From an uncultured delta proteobacterium (GTDB lineage Bacteria > Desulfobacterota > Desulfomonilia > UBA1062): 64,000 nucleotides of DNA. The translations under genes were made by a program, and so were the position numbers. The notes beneath the pieces are model-generated. The model saw only the letters and a list, made by a program, of their open reading frames with translations, did no database searches and was not told where the DNA came from. The stretch covers positions 128,001 through 192,000 of the forward strand of contig CAWAUM010000002.1 in the NCBI GenBank assembly GCA_963785235.1. The letters run 5' to 3'. Below, in pieces: positions 29,620 to 39,773 of this stretch. Position 1 is the first letter of the stretch. Each line of letters begins with the position of its first letter.

Positions 29620-32040
29620 GTGAACACAAAACTCAAGATACAAAAGATGATCCGGCAAGGACTGGTTATCCTTGACGGGGCTACCGGCACGGAGCTCCAG
29701 GCTCAAGGTATGCCCGAAGGTGTGTCGCCCGAGTTGTTCTGCATCAGAAACCCCCAGGCCATCAAGTCCGTGCACAGAGGCTATCTCGATGCGGGCTCGG
29801 ATATCATCTATACCTGCACCTTCGGGGCGAACAGGTACAAGCTCGCCGATTACGGGTTATCCGATGCCTATGATGTGAACCGCGCTCTGGCGGTTATTGC
29901 CCGGGAAGCTGCCGGGAAGAATGGCCTTGTTGCAGGGGATATGGGGCCCACAGGGAGATTCGTGGAACCCTTCGGGGACCTTGATTTCGAGGATGCGGTC
30001 ACATGCTATAAAGAGCAGGCGCAAGGGCTTCTAGACGGTGGTGTAGACCTGTTCGTAATAGAGACCATGATAGACTTGCAGGAGACCAGGGCCGCCCTCA
30101 TTGCCATCAAGGAGATCTCGGCAAAGTTCACGATCTGTTCCATGACCTTTGATGCCTCAGGCCGGACGCTCAACGGCACGGATACCGTCTCGGCCCTGAT
30201 CACCCTCCAGGCCCTGGGTGCTGATGTTTTCGGGTGCAACTGCTCGGCAGGCCCGAAAGAGATGATCCCTCTGATCCGGGGGATGAAACCCCTTGCAAAG
30301 GTGCCCCTGGTGGCAAAGCCCAATGCCGGGCTGCCAAGGCTCAAAGATGGCAAAACGGTTTTCGATATGGACCCGCAGGAGTTTGCAGGATTTGCCCATG
30401 ACCTGGTGGATGCCGGGGCCAATCTCCTGGGGGGATGCTGCGGTACGACCCCTGAGCATATCAGGGTGCTGAAAAAGAGGTGCCGGGATCTTACACCGCA
30501 AGCCCCAACCGTGAAATCCCTAAGTGCCCTCAGCTCGCATTCAAAGACCGTGATGCTGGGCAGGGGTGGTCCGCTTGCCGTTATCGGAGAGCGCATTAAC
30601 CCCACGGGCAAAAAGGACCTCCAGCAGGAGCTCCTGGCGGGCACATTTTCTCTTGCCTGCTCATTTGCACGGGACCAGGTGAAAAAGGGTGCGTCCGTCA
30701 TCGATGTGAATGTGGGCATGCCGGGCCTTGATGAGACTGCAACCTTGACGCAGGCGGTAAAGCAGATAACCCTGAGCACTGAAGCGCCCCTGTGTCTTGA
30801 CACATCCCGCCTTGATTCCCTTGAGGCTGCCTTGAGGATCTATCCGGGCAGGGCGCTGATCAATTCCATCTCCGGAGAGGAGAATACCCTTGAGGAACGC
30901 TTGAGGCTGGCTGCATTCTACGGGGCCATGTTTATCCTTCTGCCCATCACGGGCAGGGCTGTACCCAAGACGTCAACCGAACGAAGCACAATCATCAAGG
31001 GCATCTATAAAAAGGCCTTGAAGTTCGGATTCCAGAAAGATGATATCATTGTGGATGCCCTTACCATGGCGGTATCTGCAGATGGATCAGCCGCCCTTGA
31101 GACGCTCAAGACCATTGAGTGGTGCACCGATAAATTCGGGGTAAAAACCGTTGTGGGGCTCTCGAACGTCTCTTTCGGGTTGCCCGAGAGGAAGTGGGTC
31201 AACGCCTCATTCATGGCCATGGCCATCTGCAACGGGCTTACGAGCGCCATAGCGAATCCGGAAAGTGTCGAGCTCATGAACATCAAGAGGGCCGGTGATG
31301 TGCTTACAGGAAGGGATAAAGACGCCGCCGCCTTCATTGCCCATTTCAGCGGCTCACAAGAGGCTTCGCTAGGCGTGACGCTGGCCGCCTCACCCAGGAG
31401 TATGGAAGAGCAGGTATACCAGGCCATCGTCGAGGGGAACAGGGATGGCGTTCTGGCCCTTATCAGAAATGTCATCGAACAAGGACGCTCAGCCAGGGAT
31501 CTTGTGGATGAGGTGATGATCCCTGCCATTCAGAAGGTGGGCGATCTCTATGAGAAGAAGACGTATTTCCTTCCCCAGCTCATAGCCAGCGCTGAGACCA
31601 TGAAGCGCGGCTTCGAATTTCTCCAGCCGCAATTAAAGAAGGAAGGCGCCTCTACGGCCGGAAAGGGAAAGATCATCCTTGCCACGGTCAAGGGTGATAT
31701 CCACGACATCGGGAAAAACATCGTAGGCTTGATGCTGCAGAATAACGGCTTCGAGGTGATCGATCTGGGCAAAGACATAACCCACGAAGAGCTCCTTGAG
31801 GCGGCCCGAAAACTTAAGCCTGACATTGTCGGCCTTTCAGCCCTCATGACGACAACCATGGTGAACATGCAAGGGGCTCTTGATCTTATGAGACAGGCAG
31901 GCATGTCGTGTGACTACCTGGTGGGAGGGGCTGTCGTGACGGCAGACTATGCCGCCTCCATAGGCGCTCATTATGCCAAAGATGGTGTCGAGGCTGTGCG
32001 GATTGCTGAAAACATTATCAAGGCAAAGCAAAACCCCTGA
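29620..32040 (+). CDS. metH: Cobalamin-dependent methionine synthase (Hcy, pterin and B12-binding domains; no fused reactivation domain)
   Basis: LDGATGT, GCNCS, PNAGLP, GGCCGT, IGERINPTGK, GDIHDIGKN, SALMTTT, GGA. Confidence 0.93.
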   Translation: MNTKLKIQKMIRQGLVILDGATGTELQAQGMPEGVSPELFCIRNPQAIKSVHRGYLDAGSDIIYTCTFGANRYKLADYGLSDAYDVNRALAVIAREAAGKNGLVAGDMGPTGRFVEPFGDLDFEDAVTCYKEQAQGLLDGGVDLFVIETMIDLQETRAALIAIKEISAKFTICSMTFDASGRTLNGTDTVSALITLQALGADVFGCNCSAGPKEMIPLIRGMKPLAKVPLVAKPNAGLPRLKDGKTVFDMDPQEFAGFAHDLVDAGANLLGGCCGTTPEHIRVLKKRCRDLTPQAPTVKSLSALSSHSKTVMLGRGGPLAVIGERINPTGKKDLQQELLAGTFSLACSFARDQVKKGASVIDVNVGMPGLDETATLTQAVKQITLSTEAPLCLDTSRLDSLEAALRIYPGRALINSISGEENTLEERLRLAAFYGAMFILLPITGRAVPKTSTERSTIIKGIYKKALKFGFQKDDIIVDALTMAVSADGSAALETLKTIEWCTDKFGVKTVVGLSNVSFGLPERKWVNASFMAMAICNGLTSAIANPESVELMNIKRAGDVLTGRDKDAAAFIAHFSGSQEASLGVTLAASPRSMEEQVYQAIVEGNRDGVLALIRNVIEQGRSARDLVDEVMIPAIQKVGDLYEKKTYFLPQLIASAETMKRGFEFLQPQLKKEGASTAGKGKIILATVKGDIHDIGKNIVGLMLQNNGFEVIDLGKDITHEELLEAARKLKPDIVGLSALMTTTMVNMQGALDLMRQAGMSCDYLVGGAVVTADYAASIGAHYAKDGVEAVRIAENIIKAKQNP

Positions 32041-32091
32041 TGGTTATCTCTTGGTAATCAAGCGGATAAAACTTAGGCTCTCCTGGGTCGC

Positions 32092-32619
32092 TCACTTACT
32101 CTTCAGGAGCTCATTGATCTTGTCCTCAGCCGAGGCACATTGCCAGCAGCCGACGATCCCGCTTTTTGCCACGACGATCTTGGTGGGTACGCCCCGTATA
32201 CCGTAGGTGCGTGCAATCGACCCCTCAGGGTCAACAAGGATGGTGTAGGGAAGGGAGTATTTCTCAACAAAAGGAGCAACCTTTTTCGCTGATTCTGCTA
32301 CATAAATCGATATAAGCTCAAAGTCCTTACCCTTCATGGAGGTATAGAGCTTCTTCAAATTCGGGATATCTTTTTTGCAGTACGGGCACCAGGTGGTGGT
32401 GAAGTTGAGGAGCACGATCTTACCCCGATAGTCTTTCAATGATCTGGTCTTGCCGCTGAGATCCTTCAAGGTAAAGTTGGGAGCCAGGGGGGCAGGCTGA
32501 TTTGTTGTGATCTTCTGAACATTCTGATCACCGGCCCTGGCATCGATTATCGATGCATTCCATGCTAGGAGAACAAAGAGGAGAGAGGCAAGGATAGACA
32601 AACAGATCTTAGGTTTCAT
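32092..32619 (-). CDS. TlpA/ResA-like exported thiol-disulfide oxidoreductase
   Basis: Signal/anchor, APNFTL.DL.G, TTWCPYC, GVP; extra C-terminal CWQC. Confidence 0.88.
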   Translation of the reverse strand: MKPKICLSILASLLFVLLAWNASIIDARAGDQNVQKITTNQPAPLAPNFTLKDLSGKTRSLKDYRGKIVLLNFTTTWCPYCKKDIPNLKKLYTSMKGKDFELISIYVAESAKKVAPFVEKYSLPYTILVDPEGSIARTYGIRGVPTKIVVAKSGIVGCWQCASAEDKINELLKSK

Positions 32620-32638
32620 AATGGGAGAACTCCTTTTT

Positions 32639-33349
32639 TTACATCCAAAATTTGCCCGCAGTAATGAGAAAGTATTCCGCCAATGCAATAAAGATGAATC
32701 CAAAGACCTTTTGGATCCAGACCATCCACGGTCCGGACTTGGGCATGCTTGTCAGAAGGCCGGTGAAGGTGCCGAGGATAATGAGGATTGTCCCCATCCC
32801 AAAGGCAAAGACAAAGAGCAGGCTCATGCCGAAGAGAACATTCTGCTTGGTTGCCACATAGCTTAAAAGAACGGCCAGTACAGGGGCGGAACAGGGGCTC
32901 ATAATGAGTCCCGAAGCAATACCGAGGAGCAGAGCTCCGAAGAGGCCCTTCTTTTGAGTATTGAAAAGAGGACTGCTGAAGATCCGCGGCAGGGGGATAA
33001 AGAATACGTCAAGCATGGCCAGGCCCATAAGGATGAAGACATTGGCGATAAACAGGTTTATCCACGGGTTGGTCTGGATCGCACCAAAGAATCCTCCTGT
33101 GAGCCCGGCGATGCTTCCGAGGATGGTGTATGTCAGCGATGTGCCGAGTACATACACGACAGAGAGGAAGAAGCCGCTGCTGCGCGAACCCTTTTGCCGC
33201 GACCCGATAAAAGATACGGTAATGGGCAGGAGTGGGTACATGCACGGGGTGAAGCTCACCAGGACTCCGCCGACATAGGCTGAAAGATAAGCCAGCAACA
33301 CAGACCCTTGCAGGTATGATTCAAAACTGGTTGTCAGATTTTCAAACAT
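32639..33349 (-). CDS. CcdA/DsbD-like membrane electron transporter
   Basis: SFTPCMYPLLP and MSPCSAP motifs, six TM, PKSGPWM. Confidence 0.9.
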   Translation of the reverse strand: MFENLTTSFESYLQGSVLLAYLSAYVGGVLVSFTPCMYPLLPITVSFIGSRQKGSRSSGFFLSVVYVLGTSLTYTILGSIAGLTGGFFGAIQTNPWINLFIANVFILMGLAMLDVFFIPLPRIFSSPLFNTQKKGLFGALLLGIASGLIMSPCSAPVLAVLLSYVATKQNVLFGMSLLFVFAFGMGTILIILGTFTGLLTSMPKSGPWMVWIQKVFGFIFIALAEYFLITAGKFWM

Positions 33350-33459
33350 ATCCGGCGCGAATGTATCATAAAGGACCTTTATCAACAATCTTGGATTACT
33401 TTTTTTGAGCGATGCACTTTATCAAGATGCCATAAGGAGACTTGACAGGGGCAGTAGTT

Positions 33460-33478
33460 AATAGTAACTATTATCAAT
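33460..33478 (+). promoter_or_regulatory. PerR/Fur-type operator overlapping a sigma70 promoter
   Basis: AATAGTAACTATTATCAAT containing the TAATAGT-a-ACTATTA inverted repeat; TTGACA at 33442. Confidence 0.7.
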
Positions 33479-33531
33479 AACATGTTAAACAACACTCCGT
33501 GCGACTACTTTCCGGGCTTGCCGGTGATTAT

Positions 33532-33972
33532 ATGAGCAAGATACAACACAGGATGACAAGGCAGAAGAGGGTTGTCCTTGAAGAGTTGAGCAAGGTGAAA
33601 ACCCATCCTACGGCGTATGAAATTTTTGAGATGGTCAAATCGAGACTCCCTCGGATCAGCCTCGGAACAGTATATAGGAACCTCGAGCAGCTCTCTTCGG
33701 GCGGACAGATCCGCAGGCTTGACATGGGTCAATCTCAGAGAAGATTCGATGCCGTGGTCGATGATCACGTGCATATCCGATGCATTTCCTGCGGCAAGGT
33801 GGATGATGTTCCCTTGAATCCGGCCATGAGCGCTACTACTATTAAGGATACTGTAAGCAGCCAGAGCGGATATGATGTTTTGGGTTGCGAGTTGGATTTT
33901 CAGGGCATCTGTCCCTCATGTAAAAAAAGCCTCGCCAGTCAAAAGATTGATGGAGCAAAGGCTTACTCATAA
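33532..33972 (+). CDS. perR: Fur-family regulator, PerR-like
   Basis: RMTRQK, HPTA, ISLGTVYRNL, H.H..C..CG, C..C; directly upstream of rubrerythrin. Confidence 0.8.
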   Translation: MSKIQHRMTRQKRVVLEELSKVKTHPTAYEIFEMVKSRLPRISLGTVYRNLEQLSSGGQIRRLDMGQSQRRFDAVVDDHVHIRCISCGKVDDVPLNPAMSATTIKDTVSSQSGYDVLGCELDFQGICPSCKKSLASQKIDGAKAYS

Positions 33973-34006
33973 TAACGAAAAGAACACTACTGCTAAGGAG
34001 GATTAC

Positions 34007-34582
34007 ATGGGAAAGTTAAAGGGTACACGGACCGAAAAAAATCTTCTGGGCTCATTTGCCGGTGAATCTCAGGCAAGGAACCGATACACTTATTTTGCCA
34101 GCAAGGCCAGGAAAGAAGGCTTCATGCAGGTAGCCGATATCTTTGAAGAGACGGCAAACCAGGAAAAGGAACATGCCAAGAGATTCTTCAGTTTCCTCGA
34201 AGGGGGAGACCTTGAGATCCAGGCAAGCTTTCCGGCCGGGGTTGTCGGCTCTACCGTGGAGAACCTTAAGGCAGCGGCCGCCGGAGAGCACCATGAGCAG
34301 GCAGAGTTGTACCCGGGATTTGCCCAGGTAGCACGTGAAGAAGGGTTCGAGGCAATAGCAAAGGTCTGGGAGGCTATATCGGTTGCAGAGACGCAGCATG
34401 AGAAGCGCTACAAGGACCTTGCCGCGAATATCGAGGCTGGAAGGGTCTTCAAGAGAGACAAGGCAGTTGTATGGAGATGCCGCAATTGCGGATACCTCTT
34501 CGAAGGCGCCGAAGCACCGGGTGCCTGCCCTGCCTGTGCGCATCCGAAGGATTACTTCGAGCTCCTCGGTGAGAACTGGTAA
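34007..34582 (+). CDS. rbr: Rubrerythrin
   Basis: FAGESQARNRY, EKEHA, GEHHE, E..HE.RY, WRCRNCGY..CPACAHP. Confidence 0.96.
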   Translation: MGKLKGTRTEKNLLGSFAGESQARNRYTYFASKARKEGFMQVADIFEETANQEKEHAKRFFSFLEGGDLEIQASFPAGVVGSTVENLKAAAAGEHHEQAELYPGFAQVAREEGFEAIAKVWEAISVAETQHEKRYKDLAANIEAGRVFKRDKAVVWRCRNCGYLFEGAEAPGACPACAHPKDYFELLGENW

Positions 34583-34668
34583 CCGACTATTTTACTTGGG
34601 GCCCGACCCCGCGGGCTTTTGTTTGATGCCTCGGGCGTTGGGTATACCTTGATCGGAGGGGCCTGATC

Positions 34669-35247
34669 ATGCTTAAAAAATTATCGTGCTCGATTATCAT
34701 TGTTATACTCATCGCGACATTCCTGTGGGCCGGAGATGATCCCGCACAGATACAAGATTACAGTAAGGCTATAACACAGGTGAAGCTCAGCGTACCCGAT
34801 GACCCTGATGTCAAAGCCTACCTGGGTATCAAGCAAAAGAGCGGCCAGTTCATGTTAAGTGATATAGATGGTGAGATCCTAATCATAGAGATCTTCAGCA
34901 TGTACTGTCCTTACTGCCAGAAGCATGCCCCCATGGCCAACAAGCTCTATCAGGCGATTGAAGAGGGCAAAGAAACGCGCGGCAAGGTGAAATTGATCGG
35001 CATCGGCGTGGGAAACTCAGCGTATGAAGTCAAGTTCTTCAAAAAGAAATATGGGGTGCCTTTCCCGCTCTTTGATGATGCAAACTCAGCCGTGCTGAAC
35101 AGCATCCGTGGCATAAGAACCCCGACATACTTCGGCATCCGGAAAAATGGCAAAACCCTGAGCGTTTTCTTTACACAGCAGGGACCCTATGATGATGCCC
35201 AAACCTTTCTCCAGGCCGTTCTCAAGAAGTCCGGGAGTCCATTTTGA
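34669..35247 (+). CDS. Exported TlpA-like thioredoxin-fold protein
   Basis: Signal peptide; EIFSMYCPYCQ; RTP. Confidence 0.82.
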   Translation: MLKKLSCSIIIVILIATFLWAGDDPAQIQDYSKAITQVKLSVPDDPDVKAYLGIKQKSGQFMLSDIDGEILIIEIFSMYCPYCQKHAPMANKLYQAIEEGKETRGKVKLIGIGVGNSAYEVKFFKKKYGVPFPLFDDANSAVLNSIRGIRTPTYFGIRKNGKTLSVFFTQQGPYDDAQTFLQAVLKKSGSPF

Positions 35248-35255
35248 GGTGTAAC

Positions 35256-35855
35256 ATGAAGACGAGCGGTTATTTATTGATGTTTGCTGCCGGATTGATA
35301 ATCTGTGCAAGTATGCCTGTACTGGCTGCATCGGATGACTTGAAGGATGGGATATACCAGGTGGGAACGCTCAAGCCTGTGGACAGCACCCTTAAGGTCA
35401 AGGTGGGTGAGAAGGCCCCTGATTTCACACTCGGTGCTGTTTCCGGAGGGACAATATCCCTAAAGGACTACAGAGCCAAAAAGAATGTCATGATCTCGTT
35501 TGTCCCTGCTGCATGGACACCGGTCTGCTCGGATCAGTGGCCGGGATATAATATTGCCCAAGAGGAATTCGAAAGGCTTAATACTGCGCTCGTCGGTATT
35601 ACAGAGGACAACATACCGACCCTGTATGCCTGGACCAAGACTATGGGGACCCTGTGGTTCCCTGTGCTCTCTGATTTCTGGCCGCACGGAAAGGCGGCGA
35701 GCGCATACGGCGTGCTGCGTTCAGACGGGACTGCTGAAAGGGCCATCTTCATCATCGATAAGCAGGGGATAATACGCTACATCGATGTCCATGACATCAA
35801 CGCAAGGCCCCCGCTCGAAGGCATTATCACCGAGCTTGAGAAGCTGAACAAGTGA
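35256..35855 (+). CDS. Exported AhpC/TSA-family peroxiredoxin (AhpE-like)
   Basis: APDFTL, PAAWTPVCSDQ, LSDFWPHG, ERAIFIIDK.G. Confidence 0.88.
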   Translation: MKTSGYLLMFAAGLIICASMPVLAASDDLKDGIYQVGTLKPVDSTLKVKVGEKAPDFTLGAVSGGTISLKDYRAKKNVMISFVPAAWTPVCSDQWPGYNIAQEEFERLNTALVGITEDNIPTLYAWTKTMGTLWFPVLSDFWPHGKAASAYGVLRSDGTAERAIFIIDKQGIIRYIDVHDINARPPLEGIITELEKLNK

Positions 35856-35980
35856 ACCCCCCCTGGGTCAATCTTCGGGGGTTCTACAGAGGCTGTCTCT
35901 ATAGTGAAAATACCCTCTGAGTCGAAGGCAATCCTTACGTGGATATGGCAACCATGATCGCTAAACCCGCATGTGTCGGG

Positions 35981-36604
35981 CTATATCCACTTTAAGATTA
36001 CTGCAAAAAGAATCAGGGACGCTGCATTAATCGCAAAGAGTGTCCCGATAAACAGTTTCTGAGTCCTTGGCGCCCAGTCATAAGCATAGAATGCTGCCAG
36101 GAAGAACGGGATGTAAACAGTTACAAAGACCGGAAACGAACCCCACCATGGATAAACCCACACAAAGGTCGGGGTTTTAACCAGGAAGATCTCGATGATC
36201 GAATAGAGTGCGGCATTGGCAATGGCAAAGACCAGCCGGTTGTTTATACCGAAGATTTTCATGGTGGGGTCTTCCGGCAAGAGTTTGCTCAGGATGAGCC
36301 CTGCTATCGAGAACATGAGGCTTATCTCTATGCCTACCCCCACCAGGATCAGAAACGCAGTTCCTGTCGGAACGGTCCACAGCGCATGCCCTGAGAAGTA
36401 CTGGATCAGGGCATTGACGATCTCCACAAACCAATGGACCATGTACAAGGACAGCCCGGCTGCGATTCCCTTCCAGTTTTTCTGGGAGAACTCGTTGATA
36501 TAGACGTAAAGCGTCAAGGCCAGCAACGTGATCACATACCACTGGAAAGGGTCGCCTGACCTTAGTATGGAAAGGGCCATGGTAGTAGCTTCCGGGTGAT
36601 TCAT
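35981..36604 (-). CDS. Hypothetical multi-pass membrane protein
   Basis: 207 aa, ~6-7 hydrophobic segments, GAGGAGG RBS. Confidence 0.75.
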   Translation of the reverse strand: MNHPEATTMALSILRSGDPFQWYVITLLALTLYVYINEFSQKNWKGIAAGLSLYMVHWFVEIVNALIQYFSGHALWTVPTGTAFLILVGVGIEISLMFSIAGLILSKLLPEDPTMKIFGINNRLVFAIANAALYSIIEIFLVKTPTFVWVYPWWGSFPVFVTVYIPFFLAAFYAYDWAPRTQKLFIGTLFAINAASLILFAVILKWI

Positions 36605-36742
36605 GCGAACCTCCTCTTATTGCAAGATGAACATATGATAGCTATGTTCAGTCATTCAGGCAAGCATCCTTAAGAAAAAGAAATGTTATTAAGGCTCAGG
36701 ATGACTTGCAGTGGTTGATTATATCAAAATAAAACTGCCGGG

Positions 36743-37261
36743 TCAGCCGATCTTCTTCAATGTGTTTTGATATTGTTTCACAAGTTCAACATACATCTGT
36801 TTTCCTGCCTGCATGACATCCTTATATGTTTGGTTGATGTCTCCCTTTTCAATAGCAGGAGAACCGGCATAGAGTTTATAATCCGGAACCACCTGGTTCT
36901 TTTTTACCAGGGAGTGCTCTGCAACAATCGACCAGCACCCCACCTGGGCGTTATCGCCAAGGGTAGAGTTCATTCCTATCACGGCATAATCCTTGATGAT
37001 GCTGCTGTGTATCATCGCCAGGTGTCCGATGGTAACCTGTTGCCCAATGGTGAGTATGGACGGTGTATGGATGACTGCAGAGTCTTCAACCGCAGTTTCA
37101 TCACCAATGAATATTGTCCCGAAATCACCTCTGATTACAGCGCACGGACCGATCCAGCAGTTTTTTCCTATCCTCACATCACCAATAATCTCAGCGCTCT
37201 GTGCGATCCATGTCCCTTCGCCCACCTGAGGGACCTTGCCGTTGAATTCGAAGATTGCCAT
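36743..37261 (-). CDS. Gamma-carbonic-anhydrase-like hexapeptide protein (YrdA/PaaY family)
   Basis: IIGDVRIG..IRGD.G.I.IG..H..TIGH.A.IH..GSPA. Confidence 0.9.
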   Translation of the reverse strand: MAIFEFNGKVPQVGEGTWIAQSAEIIGDVRIGKNCWIGPCAVIRGDFGTIFIGDETAVEDSAVIHTPSILTIGQQVTIGHLAMIHSSIIKDYAVIGMNSTLGDNAQVGCWSIVAEHSLVKKNQVVPDYKLYAGSPAIEKGDINQTYKDVMQAGKQMYVELVKQYQNTLKKIG

Positions 37262-37477
37262 AACTTCCTCTTTCTCTTGGAAAAAAATAATAACCTGTTT
37301 TAATCTAAACATATACTTGCCATGAGAAAGCCGGCTCAGTATAGAAAAAAATATATTAGCAACATCTTCTCAAGACAGGTAAAAAAGTGACGATAAGAAT
37401 TTAAATAATTGTATTGTGAAATGAGTTTATTGGGGGCAAGCTCTCTCAATGTTTCTATGGCAGGAGGATGAAAGACG

Positions 37478-39763
37478 ATGCACAACTCAGACCAAGTAAA
37501 CAGCGAATTGGTCTTTAAAGATGATCGTGATGACCGCTTTTTAAAGCCGGAAAAGTTGAATCGTCTGAATAAGGCCCACCTCCAGGGGGCCTTTGTCCGC
37601 TCCGGAGCCAGTGTCCTTATCTGGCTGTTCACCCTGGGTGCATACTGCTACAGAGCCATTGGCAAGGGGTCCTTCGAAGGCGCAAGCGTGGTGATGGCGT
37701 ACATCATCCTGATGAATATCCCCATGCTTGCGATACTGAGCCGCATCAGACGAAAGGTGCTCTATGAGCAGTTTTCGTTCCTTATCAATGTCCTTGAGAT
37801 ACTCGGGTACACCGGGTTCATCTATTTTGTCGGTGGTTTCAGGTCCACCTATCTCACTCCGATTTATGCAGCAATGATCTTCTATGTCGGAGTCCAGGCC
37901 CCAATGCGCTATCCTCTTATCCTGGCAGGGATGTGCTCTCTTTCATTCAGCACGGTGGTTACCCTGGAGCACTTCGGTTATATCCCCCATCAGAATGTGA
38001 TCCTGGCATATGAATATCCATGGTACACAGTGGTCTTTACCTTGAGCATACTGACAGCAGTGCTCTTTGTAATAGCTTTGATGGCGGCATATACGGCAAA
38101 GGTCCTCCAGAAGGCAAGAAAAAACCTGAAAGAGAAAAACCTTGCCCTGGAGAGGACCAACGAGAAATTACGCCACGAGATCGATGATCGCATCAAGGCG
38201 GAGTATGCGCTCCGGGAGAGCGAGGAGAAACTCCATGACATCTTTGAAAATGTTCCCGACGCCCTTTTTTCCCATGATTTGGAGGGGAATTTCATTGAAG
38301 TGAACGGGGGTTTTAAAAGGTCGTTTGGTATAAGCGAAGAAGATCAAATTCCAGGAGAATTGAACATCAAGACCCTGATCCCTGACAAGTATAAGGCGCT
38401 TTCTGATAAGTATCTTGCAGAGATCGTTCACCATGCAAGGAGTGAAGGACTCATCAGGATAATCACAAGAACCGGGGAGAGGATCTTCGAATATCACAAC
38501 TCCCTCATCAGAGATGCAAGAGGAAACCCTAAGGGAGTTCGAGGCTCTGCCCGGGATATTACCGAACGCATCATCGCAGAGCGTGAAAGGTTGAAACTTC
38601 AGAACCAACTACAAAGTGCCCAGAAGATGGAGGCAATCGGCGTCTTGGCCGGAGGAGTTGCACATGATCTGAACAACATCCTTTCAGGGCTTGTAAGCTA
38701 TCCAGAGCTTCTCCTCATGGAGATACCTGAAGACAGTCCCATGAGGAAACCCTTGGTCACTATCCAGAAGTCCGGAGAGAAGGCTGCTTCCATTGTACAG
38801 GATCTCTTAACCTTGGCACGAAGGGGTGTACCTATCTCAGAGGTAGTGAATCTGAACCAGGTCATTACTGAATACCTTGCAAGCCTTGAGCATGAACGTA
38901 TTATGGTGATAAACCCCCTCGTGGAAATCGAAACATCCTTGGACCCTGATCTGTTGAACATCATGGGATCACCGGTACACCTGTTCAAGACCGTTATGAA
39001 CCTGATAGCTAATGCCTTAGAATCAATGCCTTGTGGTGGTACAATCCAGGTATCAACCACGCACAGATATATCGATAAGCCTATGCACGGATATGATGCC
39101 ATCGATAAGGGGAATTATATCATCCTGGTCATAGCTGATACAGGAACCGGCATGACCGAAACGGATCGCCAGCGTATCTTTGAACCCTTCTATACCAAGA
39201 AAGCCATGGGTAGGAGCGGGACCGGTCTTGGGATGGCTGTTGTGTGGGGGACGGTCAAGGATCATCACGGGTACTTGGAGGTGCTAAGTGAGCCGGGGAT
39301 TGGTTCCACGTTTACCCTGTACTTCCCTACCACACAAGAACAGGTGGCTCAGGAAGATGCCCCGGTCTCCATTGATGAATACAAAGGCAACGGGGAAATA
39401 ATCCTTGTAGTGGATGATGTAAAAGAGCAGCGGGAGATAGCCACCAAAATCCTTGAGCGTCTCGGATATCATGTCGAGACGGTTTCCAGTGGTGAGGAAG
39501 CGGTTGAATTTTTAAAATACAAGAGTGTTGATCTCTTGGTCCTTGATATGATCATGAGTCCCGGGATCGACGGTTTGGAAACCTATAGGAGGGTCCTTGC
39601 GGGGAATCCCGACCAGAAAGCTGTAATTGCAAGCGGATACTCCGATACCGAAAGGGTGAAAGAGGCCCTGCGTATCGGTGCAGTGTCATATATCAAGAAA
39701 CCCTATCTCCTCCAGAAGATAGGTGTAGCAATAAAAGAGGCCCTTACCAGTAAGGCAGCCTGA
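37478..39763 (+). CDS. Membrane PAS hybrid histidine kinase with receiver domain
   Basis: TM region, PAS, AHDLNN H-box, DTGTGM, FEPFYT, GTGLG, VVDD..LDM..KP. Confidence 0.93.
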   Translation: MHNSDQVNSELVFKDDRDDRFLKPEKLNRLNKAHLQGAFVRSGASVLIWLFTLGAYCYRAIGKGSFEGASVVMAYIILMNIPMLAILSRIRRKVLYEQFSFLINVLEILGYTGFIYFVGGFRSTYLTPIYAAMIFYVGVQAPMRYPLILAGMCSLSFSTVVTLEHFGYIPHQNVILAYEYPWYTVVFTLSILTAVLFVIALMAAYTAKVLQKARKNLKEKNLALERTNEKLRHEIDDRIKAEYALRESEEKLHDIFENVPDALFSHDLEGNFIEVNGGFKRSFGISEEDQIPGELNIKTLIPDKYKALSDKYLAEIVHHARSEGLIRIITRTGERIFEYHNSLIRDARGNPKGVRGSARDITERIIAERERLKLQNQLQSAQKMEAIGVLAGGVAHDLNNILSGLVSYPELLLMEIPEDSPMRKPLVTIQKSGEKAASIVQDLLTLARRGVPISEVVNLNQVITEYLASLEHERIMVINPLVEIETSLDPDLLNIMGSPVHLFKTVMNLIANALESMPCGGTIQVSTTHRYIDKPMHGYDAIDKGNYIILVIADTGTGMTETDRQRIFEPFYTKKAMGRSGTGLGMAVVWGTVKDHHGYLEVLSEPGIGSTFTLYFPTTQEQVAQEDAPVSIDEYKGNGEIILVVDDVKEQREIATKILERLGYHVETVSSGEEAVEFLKYKSVDLLVLDMIMSPGIDGLETYRRVLAGNPDQKAVIASGYSDTERVKEALRIGAVSYIKKPYLLQKIGVAIKEALTSKAA

Positions 39764-39773
39764 GAGGTTTAAC

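Noticed and set aside
28962-32040. Split methionine synthase as a novelty
   Set aside because: A separate reactivation domain is a known architecture (e.g. Thermotoga-type MetH).
35500-35545. Selenocysteine in the peroxiredoxin active site
   Set aside because: The codon is TGC (Cys); no in-frame TGA here or in the neighbouring redox genes.
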